From the human T2T-CHM13v2.0 reference genome, Homo sapiens: a stretch of 64,000 bases of DNA. The stretch lies in assembly GCF_009914755.1 (NCBI RefSeq), contig NC_060947.1. One strand, 5' to 3'. The notes below the pieces were generated by a model. The model had not been told where the DNA came from, searched no databases, and saw only the letters and a program-made list of their open reading frames with translations. Both the position numbers and the translations under genes were made by a program. Below, in pieces: positions 53,389-64,000 of this stretch (position 1 is the stretch's first letter; every line of letters starts with the position of its first letter).

Positions 53389-54863
53389 ATTATTTTTAAT
53401 ATTTTTAAATTATAAGTGTTTTCTAATTTCCAATGTTATCTCTTCTGTGACCTACATATTTTTTAATTTGCTTTTTTTTTATTTCCAAAAGTGGGAGGTA
53501 TGTTTTGTTTTCTGTTGTTTTGTTTGTTCTTGTTTTCTAGTGTAGTTGTGATCAGAGGGGATGAACTGTATGGTAATGGTTTTTTAGACATTTTTGAGAT
53601 TATTTTAGGTTCCACTACGTAGTCGGATTTTGTGAAGTTCCAGGTGTGTTTGAAAAACATATTATGTGTTCTCCAGTTGTTTTGTGTAATGTGTGTGTAT
53701 ATACACACACATAAAACTCTTAGTAATATATTTCTATATTACTCTTAGTGATATATTTTGCCTTAAAGTCTGTTTTGTCTAATAGTACCACAAATATACC
53801 AACTTTCTTTTGATTAATATTTATCTGGTATGACTTTTCCAGTCATTTTACTTTCAACATTCCTGTGCTCCTTTATTTCAGTTATGTTTCTTGTAAATGA
53901 TATAATTTACAAGAAGTTTTTGTTAAAAAAACATTCAGGCTATGATCATCGCTTTTGAACTAGAGAGTTTTGTTGCAATTGTTGTGATTACAAAACTGCT
54001 TGGTTTCATTTTTTCCACCTTATTTTATGTTTTGCCTTAGTTCCAGTTTTTGTTTTTCTTTTCCCTCTTCCCTCTTCTTTATTCCTGCTGTCCTTTGGAT
54101 TGTTTAAGATTCCTCCCTATTTTATTTTTCTCCTCTCCTAGGTTCTGATGCCTGTTCCTGCCAGATTGCTGGGCACTGCCCTGGAGTGTGACGAGGCATT
54201 AGAGATCTACACATGGGCCACTCTTTCTCTTTCCTTGAGTTTTCCCCCAGCAGGTCTGGGGTATGTCTGATTGAACAGTTGCTCTTATCTGCATAACAGT
54301 AATTCTAGGTAGTTGGAGAAATATTTGACTTCAATTCATTTTCATTCAGATGGATAAGTAGTCCCAATCTAGTCTCTTTTTTTGAGGATATTACATCTGT
54401 CACGAATGTTATCCACTAGTATATTCCCTAGACTTTTCAGCAGGCAAAACCTATTTTATATTAGTAGTTTTGTTAAACTGATGAAGCAAAAGTATTTGCA
54501 AATTGTATAGACTCAGTAAGTGTCGATTGCTTTCATGGGGTACAGAAGTGTAAGAAATCTCTACTCCTGCTCTTAGCCAATGGAAACTCCATTTGAGAAG
54601 AAGAGCATTTCATGCCCAAAAAAAACAGCAAACAAGAGAAAGGTCAAGGATTAAGTATGATTAAGGGCTAAGCTGGTGGTAGAAGGCTGTACTGTAGATG
54701 TTCAGAAAGGGGCATTGGGAGATGGAGTTGCAGGAACGGTTTGGTGAGAGAGAGAAGCTGAGTCTGATGAGCAGCACTTGACTAACAGAAAGTATATCCA
54801 TTGCATAATATAGCATTCTTTTAATAGCTACTAATATTTATCTGTCTATCATGGCTTACTCCA

Positions 54864-55027
54864 CAGTGGTTTTTAGACTTTGATGTGCATATGAATGACC
54901 TGGGAGTGTTGTTAAAGGGCAGATTCTGTTTCACCAGGTCTGGGATGAGACTTGAGATTTTGCATTTCTACAAGGTGATGCTGATGCTGGGGATGCCGGT
55001 TCAAAGACCACAGTCTAAGTGGCAAGG
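54864..55027. mobile_element. MER5A-like hAT-Charlie element
   Basis: CAGTGGTTTTTAGAC...GACCTGGGAG..TTGTTAAA..GCAGATTCT...TGCATTTCTACAAG..GATGCTGATGCTG. Confidence 0.78.
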
Positions 55028-55632
55028 TAAATTATTATTAGTTATCTGAGGCACGGACTATGTTTCATTCACCTTTGCATTCCCAAAACCTAGAGCACTG
55101 CTTGGCACATAGTAGGCTCCATAAATACAAAATGAACTTATGAATGAATGAGGATTAAGGATAAAGAATATCATTCCAGGTGAAGGATATATTTACAAGG
55201 ACAATGGGAAAGGACAATGTTGACGCCTGAAGGACAAAGTATTAGTCTGGTAGGTGTAGAGAACTGGGTCGATTAGGAATAAATTATGATGCTCCATGAA
55301 AACCAAGCCTAGAATTTTATATTTGAAAAGTCTTAAAATATAGAATCAGCAGGGACTTTGGACAGAGGACAGGAGAGAGGAGTGATGGATTTTAAAGAGA
55401 CGGATTTTAAAGATAAATTTTTCATTAAAGCATAAAACTTGGAGATTTTTTCTGCAAATAACTGCAATAATTGCATATCAAATACTGATCTTATTCAATT
55501 ACAGGATTTCTATAGGACGAGTGCTCACTAACTCATACTTTTTTATATGTCTGCAGGGCTGGTCTAAACATACTGTAGCCCTATGCTGTCTTACTTTTGG
55601 AATCTCTCTTCCACATTATATAAAATATATTA

Positions 55633-55930
55633 GACTGGGCGCGGTAGCTCATGCCTGTAATCCCAGCACTTTGGGAGGCCGAGGTGGGTGGATCACTTGA
55701 GGTCAGGAGTTCGAGACCAGCCTGGCCAACATGTGAAACCCCATCTCTACTAAAAATACAAAAATTAGCTGGGTGTGGTGGCACGTGCATGTGGTCCCAG
55801 CTACTCGGGAGGCTGAGGCAGGAGAATCACTTGAACCCGGGAGGCAGACAAGATCACACCACTGCACTCCAGCCTGGGCAACACAGTGAGACTCCGTCTC
55901 AAAAAAATAAATAAATAAAAATAAATAAAT
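55633..55930 (+). mobile_element. Alu (AluSx-like) with (TAAA)n tail
   Basis: Forward Alu dimer; TSD-like ATAAAATATATTA / ATAAAACATATTA. Confidence 0.95.
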
Positions 55931-58099
55931 AAAACATATTAAAACAAACCCCCATACCACAGGAAGCATAATTATTGTAAAAAAAAAGTTCAGGATTTTA
56001 TAATTGTGTTTTATGATATTTGGCTACAAGTAACTTTTGACTTATGAATTGGTTATAATTTCTCAGCAGTTACTATGCATATACACAAACTCTCACAAAG
56101 TGAGAAAATATGACTTATATATGGTTTTAAATGTAGTGAAATGTTTATAGATACTAAATTTATTAATTAGGGAAGTTGACATGATGTTAGGCTTTGTATA
56201 CATTTAATTAAACATTTATTTATATTTTATAGTTCTCGCTTTGTATTTTTAAGCCCATAAATTTGATGTCAAGTCTTGAAGATTTTTAAGTCCCTGAAAA
56301 GCACCAAAGCCTTGATCAGATGCTCACAGTGCTTAATGGGCATCTCCTACCTCTTCTGATCTCTTACCTCCATCTCCTGCCTCCTCTGATCCTGCATCAG
56401 GAATATGACCAATTACTGTTATAACCTTGGGAACAATTGGCAAATATGATCACTATATTGTGGAAGAAGAAATCAGTCTAATGTGATATTGCTATAATAG
56501 TGAATGTGCCATTTTGGAACCAAAACATCAAGTAGGAAGTTGCTTCTCATTTCTGCCGTGTTGGTATATCCACTTTCATTGGAAATGATCTTTGCTGCCC
56601 AAGTTCTGTCTGCTGTAAGACTTCTTAAATTCAGACACTAATTGATGTGAATTTTTTTTAAAAAGTTACTTGAAGTATGAAGCAAAACAAGCTATTATTA
56701 AGCCTGACCTGGTCTATGGAATTCATCAGTTCTTAATAATCTGTACCACACAAAGCTTGCTAAAGGTTGAGACTTCCAAATTGTGAAACAGTGGAGAACT
56801 GTCAAATCATTTACATTTGCCTTTAGATGTTATTTTAGTCTTTATCTTAGATATCCTGAGGACTTAACAATCCTTCAAAGTAATGGAATCATCTTGTTAA
56901 GATATTATGGTCTTCCCTAGTACGCTTTCTCTCCAAGCACCTTTCTAATATTCTAATATCAGAAAACCAAGCAACAACATAAAACAGAGTGTGAGCTCCC
57001 TAAATGGTGCAGAGCATGAAAGAAGAAAGTTTTCAAGAGCCTACTGCATGCCTGACACCTTCCCTACATCCTCTCACTTAATCTTCAGAGCAATTATACT
57101 TGGTCAACATTGCCATCAGGGCAAAGGAATAATCCGAAGTCAAACAGCTGAAAAAGGCTTTAAACTCAAAGTCATGTCTTTGCACATCAACTTTGGAAAT
57201 GTCTTTTTTTGGGGCTGGGGGGTTCATACCATCCCTGGGGCACAGAAGTAATTACGTTGACTTGATATTTTTGTTTATAGCCTCTAATAGACTAAAGTTC
57301 CCATGTATATTGACTGACTGATTCATAAAGTTGGTGGAAATGTCAATATAGTCTCAAATAATTGAAATCTGATTTTATTATTGACCTCTAATTTGACACA
57401 ATGAGGTATGAATTTTGTTTCTCTTCCCCATTTCCATAGAGTGTTCAACTTTCTTACAAACTAAATCTGCTTGTCTTTTTCCTGTTATGAATTCTTATTT
57501 GTGCAATAATTTTATTAGACATCCACTAATTTATTTGCCATGAGTTAAATACATTACTGTAACATCTAAGATTTCTTAAAATAGGAGCTAGAGTTATTTT
57601 TACTCAAATAATTCCTCCTTAGAAGCATCATTTGCAAAACTCTATTTTAGGCACGCCGTTTGAACTTAATTTTGATCTGTGTATCACTAGTCTTCTATTT
57701 ATAGACAAGGGATTAACATTCCCATGTTCCCTTTGACCTATTATTCTTGACATCTAATTCCTTCACTAAGAGCTAATTTGAATATAAATTAAAGTATTTA
57801 ATTTGAGCCCAAATTATTTAAGTGAGTGACGTGGTCTGTGTTCAGTAAGAGTCTGAGCATTTTCTTAAGGAATTGAAAGCTGACTTTATTAACTCACAAT
57901 TATACTTTGTGTATTAAGAAATATCATATTAGACTTGTGTGATATATAAGAGCTGAGAAAAGCAATTCCTCTACTGGGGCAGCTAAGTAAACCTTCGAAG
58001 GGTTACCAAGTATCTTCTGAGTATGTATGAAAAGATCAGGTATCAGAGGAAAGTTATATAGAAGTTATTTAACAAAGGTAGGAGGAACCTAAATAGAGC

Positions 58100-58535
58100 A
58101 GTCTCTGCTAGTTGCCTATTCAGTACCCGCTCTTTCTTCTCAGAAGGCTCACTTTCTCAGTCTGTCTTGGAGTGTGGATTGGCCATGTGACACTAAGATG
58201 ATCATTATAACATAAGCCAAAGCTTTCAGGAGGTTCTGAAAAACTTTTGCTCTCCTGATAGAAGCAAACAGCTGGCATGGGATATGTCTCTTCTCACTAC
58301 CTTGAAATGTGAACATGAAGTCTGAAACTGTAGCATCCAGTTTTATGGCCATTCACCAACAAGCCTGAGGGAAAAGCAAGAGTATCACAGTCATGCTAGG
58401 CTTGATATCATGGCGCCACACAAAACCAATGCTAGTAGCCATCTACTTCCTCTAGATTCTTAATGCATGAGAACAAATCCTGACACTGTTAGCTGGTGTT
58501 TTGTTACATGCAGCTGAATACATTCCTAACACCAC
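58100..58535 (+). mobile_element. Old MaLR LTR (MLT1J/K-like)
   Basis: GGCCATGTGAC...TGAAGTCTGAAACTGTAGCATCC...TTGTTACATGCAGCTGAATACATTCCTAAC. Confidence 0.6.
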
Positions 58536-58559
58536 ATTTGTGAACTTTCCTTTTACGAC

Positions 58560-58715
58560 ATTGCCACTCAAAGCATGGTCCTTGAACCAGCAGCCTCAAT
58601 GTCACCTGGAAGCTTGTTAGAAATGCAGAATCTCAGGCCCAACCTTAGACTCCCTGAATCAGAAAAAATGAGAAAAAAGTGATTTGCATGCATGTTAAAA
58701 TTAGAAAATCATAGT
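58560..58715. mobile_element. MER5A-like element
   Basis: CTCAAAGCATGGTCC..ACCAGCAGC..CACCTGGAAGCTTGTTAGAAATGCAGAATCTCAGGCCC. Confidence 0.8.
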
Positions 58716-60113
58716 TCTAAAACATTATAGAAACACAGAGAAAAATATACTCTATGTACATATATATAGAATAACGGTAATTTTCCAAACATGCAATTAC
58801 TGGAAAAAAGGGGGAAACAGGAGGCTCAATTTCAAACATTTGCTTGTATATCACCTTCTATATGGCAGGCATTTATACATATATATATTAGTTGTAGTTT
58901 ATATTCATTATTTCCTTTAAACCTCAGATACTGTAAGCATTTACTTTGTCCATCAAGCACACTGCATAGGTGAGGAGGTAGGGCTTTAAAACATGAAGTG
59001 ATTCCAGAGCCATTCAGGCAGAGCTGCTTTTCAAACCCAGGTCCTGCTGACTTCAAAGCCCACCTCTTTCTGCTCTACTACATGGACTTTCTGGCTACAT
59101 GTTGAAAGAAGGTGGAAAGTGAATAAGACTTTTGAAGAGAGGGAAGCTATGCTTTAATGGTGAAGGACCAAGAGAATGAACTGCTAAAGTCTGTATCTCT
59201 GGGAAGAATTTAGGAGATTAGGGAGATCAAAGTCCCGGTGGGGGCGGGAAGAGAACAAGATGGCAAAATATGGGGGAGAAGGGAGTTTACATTTTGAATG
59301 GCAAATTACAGGCACATACTTAATTCAGATGAAAAACTAAAGCTGTTAAGGATAAAGAAGCAACCAACAACATTATGAAATTGGCTTGCTTCAGAAATCC
59401 CCAGCCAGAACTCTAAACTCATGCAGTTGTTTTCTGACACGAAGTCTGGGAGATCATTTCTTATCGGAAACACTCATTTTTTGTTCATATTCGTAGGCAG
59501 TTCTGCTGACTGTTGTTGGCTTAGCATAGCACATCTGGTCAGGAGGCCTCAATTGGGCAAATCTGAACTGCCTAAAATGGTGTTGATTCATATAACCTGT
59601 GAAAACATGGATTCAAATTAACAAGCATTAGGGCAGATTTATATTTTTCCTTTATTTAAGAACGATAATGTTCAGTGGAAGTGATCGTGAGGGAATATCT
59701 GGATCCAGATGTAGTGGACAGTCACTGACACTGTATGGATCAATGGCAGACCCAACATTCCCTGCCTTTTTCTGAAAAACCTGGCTCCTTCAGCAACATC
59801 ATCATTAGCAAAAGCCAAAAGAGAAACTTGCCGACCTACACTGGGTAAGTGCTAACTTGTCTCGGACTTCTCACTTTTCTATTTGGATCAAAAGTCTCTA
59901 TTTTTAGAGATCCCCCTAATTAATTTAGAAAACTAAATTAAAGAGTAGTCCCCAGAAAAGCACCACTCAATAAATGTTTTATAGAAGTAAGAAGAGAGGA
60001 GGCCAAAAGCCTGTTCTTTCCCTAGTGCATGAGTGTTTATTAAGCAAAAAGAAATGTAACTTTCTAAATCTTTGTTTTGATAGTGTTATTTCCTTGCTTT
60101 GAAAAAATGATCA

Positions 60114-60430
60114 GGCCAGGCACAGTGGCTCACGCCTGTAATCCCAGCACTTTGGGAGGCCAAAGCAGGCAGATCATTCGAGGCCAGGAGTTCAAGACCA
60201 GCCTGGCCAACATGGTGAAACCCCATCTCTACTAAAATTCCAAAAATTAGCTGAGTACAGTGGTGCATGCCTGTAGTCCAAGCTACTTGGGAGGCTGAGG
60301 CAGGAGAATCGCTTGAACCCCCAGGAGGCGGAGGTTGCAGTGAGCCAGATCGCACCACTGCACTCCAGCCTGGGTGACAGAGCAAGACTCTGTCTCAAAA
60401 AAAATAAAAAAAATAAAAATAAAAATAAAA
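60114..60430 (+). mobile_element. Alu (AluS-like)
   Basis: GGCCAGGCACAGTGGCTCACGCCTGTAATCCCAGC... with (AAAAAT)n tail. Confidence 0.95.
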
Positions 60431-60509
60431 ATGTGTCCCTAGCCCCAGTCATCCTCTTTCTCATGATCTTATTTCATTATTTTTACCACAATTGTTATTA
60501 TCTTGATCT

Positions 60510-60858
<349 letters not shown>

Positions 60859-61843
60859 GAATGATCTTGTTAATTTGTTTTCCAGTTTATTTTCTGTCTT
60901 TCTCCCTTCTACAATGAAGGTTCCAGAGCAGCAGGGACTTTGAGTGTCTTAATCATCACTGCATTATCAGCTCCTGAGACTGTTCCTGGCACTCCATAAA
61001 CACTTGGTGATGAATAAATCATCCAACAGAAAGAAGGTAAACTCCAAATTCTTCCTTATTCTCACATGCAAGACCTTCTATGGGCTGAATCCAACTTCAG
61101 TTTTCCAGGCTTGCTAGTCCTCTCCTTTAATTTTTGATGCCAGCCACATTCACCTTGTCATTGACTCCTAAATAGGGGGACTTCTTCACCACCAAGGTTT
61201 TTTAGTGAGTGCTGATCTTCTTCCCTCTGCCCACCCAAATGCTGTCCCATGGCCTGTTGCGGTCTTTCCCTCTCTGTGAAGCCACACAAATTACTCTGTC
61301 CATGTGCACCTTGTTGTCTGCACCCCTTTGGTGTCTGGAGACCCTATGTGCCCAGCAATCAAGTATGATCTGCCTGCATTATCTTTCTCCCCTCATATTG
61401 CTGTATTTCATATTATAGATTTGTTATTTACATTTTCGTGTGTGTCTATTTTGTCATACTATATATACTAAGCGACTTTATTTTTTGCCTTTGCTTCTCA
61501 AATAAGTTGCACAAGGATTTTCATATAATAGACTTTTAAAAGACATTAATGGAATAACAGATAGAATTCATTAATTGACACTTAAAAGGTACAGTGATAA
61601 AAGCCTGAAGAGGAAGTTTCCTGTGAGCTGGAGAACATTAAGAGAGCAATGAAAGAGGAATTGTCTTATGATTGGTGTTGCCCTATAGACCAGGGAAAGA
61701 AAATAAATTTACTTTCAAGGGGCAAGTTGAAGAATAAACACTTCTCAAAAACAACTCCCTGTGCCATGAATGGAAAAGTAGCAAAATTAATTTCCTTGAA
61801 AAATCATGCTTGATTTTTAAATGGGATGATTTTGATATTTTAA

Positions 61844-62176
<333 letters not shown>

Positions 62177-62641
62177 TAAAAGTCATACATTCCATGTTTG
62201 GTCTTCAAGACCTCCCAGTGTATAATACATGCAAAACAATGAACAGACACAGGATTGGCAAAGATTCACCTATGATCATCTCCCTCACTGCCTCACTGGG
62301 AAATGTATTTTATTACAGATAACAGTCTCAGAAACCAGTTTTCGCTTGGACAAATCATTAATAGGTACCTAACAAATAACTGATTGTTCTTCCTGGCATA
62401 TTGCCTAATTTAATACTTGCCCCCACATTTTGTCCCTTTCTGCACAGCAAAATACAATTTCTAAATGTGTAAATGATACAAAGTCAGTACTTTTAATAAG
62501 ATGAATAGAAAGAGTCTCATATGCTGACTTATAATCTCTTGGCTCATTTTCAAAAGTTGACGTGTATATCTCAACCTCACTGCAATGCACGAATGCATGC
62601 AAACTGTTCCCCTAGTTTAAAAAATCTTGGATTTTAAAAAA

Positions 62642-64000
62642 TTGCTTGTTATACTAACTGCTTAATTTACTGAGTCTGATCAATGGCCCAGTTCAGGCCC
62701 ACCACTCCCACACTTACTGGGGACAGCTGAGGCACAACCAGCCACACAATACTGAACTGAGCTGCTGCTGGGAGTCCAGGCTCAACCCTACAACAAGCTT
62801 GCAAACTTCACATGTAAGTATAGTCTGTATAGCAAGGAAACTCTGGCCAGAGATGACATTTGATCCCACAGCTCATCAGGTCTATGTACGATATTTCACA
62901 CACCACCCAATAGATGTAATGACAAGATAATATTAACAACAACCACTTTCCTGGATCACTCCCCTCCCCGCAACACACCACTCCAATACAACGGCCACAC
63001 ATTGCATTAATACCCCAAACCTATTCTCAATTTGTTAAATATGGTGCAAGCTCACAGTTAGGAGGATGCAAATCTAGTTGAGCCAAAGAGTCCCTGGAGC
63101 TCTGGGAGCCTAGGTGGAGGGTCACCTCAGAGCTTTCCAGTACCCGCAGCTGTGGCTCAGGCAGCTGTGGCTCAGGCAGCTGCAGCCAGGAACTAGTGAG
63201 GTGGGACAGCCAATGAGGGAGGTAGAAGTCAGCTGGCCCAGCTTGGGGAGGTGTATCTCTCAGCATCTCAGCTTTGGGACTCTGCCACCACCTCTTCCTA
63301 GCCCAAGCTGCTGCCTAAACCAGGCATGTTGAAGGGTGAACAGTGGCTGCCACAAGGCCAAGGCCAAGGCCAAGAGATTGCTGACACTCTCACTCCCTTG
63401 CCTGAGCCCCTAGGCCTGTGACAAGCCACACTGTCCTCCAGAACCCATCTAGCTCTAGGCAAAATGTCTTAGGCTTCTGACTGAGGAGTCCACCAGGGCA
63501 TGAGTAACAAAAGCCAGGATCTGGGCTTTCTAGAGGGCAGGGCCTCTTTCTTTCTAGTCCCCCAGCTTCTTCCTCTGCTTGAAGGTGACTGTTGCAAACA
63601 GACAGGTTGTTGCCCATAAGTTCTCAGCCAGTCTCCGGTAATTAGGTTTGAAAACATGAGGTAGAAGCTTCCCCTCACATTGATGTTGTCCCTGGGCTGG
63701 CTAGAGTCACCCTCTGGCAGGTGAACAGAAGCCAGCCCTTTTCTTGACTCCTGGCCAGTTGTGCCACACACCAAAACTCTTCAAAACCTACTCCCTCGAC
63801 CTCTGCTCCAGGAAGGGCAGGACCCAGAGTGGAAGTGGGGAGCACCACTGTCTTTTCACACCCTTTGAGTTTCTTCTGGCCACCATTCTTTCCTTCATCC
63901 ACACTCCCACTTGCCCTCCTGCACCCAGCTGGACTATAGACTTCAGAGTTCACAGGCAGGTTCACCCTGGGATCCTGCCTAGCAAGTCCAGGTCACGCTG
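62642..64000 (-). pseudogene. Probable processed pseudogene, 3'UTR part (WBP1L/C10orf26-like), continuing past the window edge
   Basis: Abrupt GC-richer block that is not a recognisable transposon; minus strand ...TTCACCCTTCAACATGCCTGGTTTAGGCAGCAGCTTGGGC...GGGCCTGAACTGGGCCATTGATCAGACTCAGTAAATTAAGCAGTTAG resembles, from recall, the WBP1L mRNA 3' end; parent identity not verified. Confidence 0.5.

Larger units (their letters stand above)
52590..54130 (-). mobile_element. Old L1M fragments interrupted by THE1 and FLAM
   Basis: T-rich degenerate L1 ORF2 antisense (CCTTAAAGTCTGTTTTGTCTAATA..., TTTTACTTTCAAC). Confidence 0.6.

Overview
This is mammalian genomic DNA that reads as human, with dense primate Alu, L1PA and THE1/MST elements. 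I recognise the single real coding segment as exon 1 of ARHGAP6 (Rho GTPase-activating protein 6, Xp22.2) on the minus strand. Its ATG is at 25372, it runs 196 codons, and it ends at a GT donor after 24785, all inside a CpG island at about 24.7-27.1 kb. Everything to the left is the start of ARHGAP6 intron 1. Everything to the right is upstream, intergenic sequence. Most of the rest is interspersed repeats (Alu, L1, L2, MIR, MaLR/ERV LTRs, MER20/MER2/MER5) and microsatellites, plus a probable processed-pseudogene 3'UTR fragment (WBP1L-like, from recall) at the right edge. I see no CRISPR array, RNA gene or new multi-gene system, and nearly all other ORFs in the track are repeat-derived or GC-rich noise. 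The observations most worth following up are a single strong-context uORF whose stop overlaps an in-frame GTG in the ARHGAP6 leader, an L1 3' transduction, a twin-primed L1 inversion, a perfect hairpin flanked by direct repeats, and a cluster of three MER20s near the promoter. Repeat subfamily names come from recall of consensus sequences and were not run through RepeatMasker.
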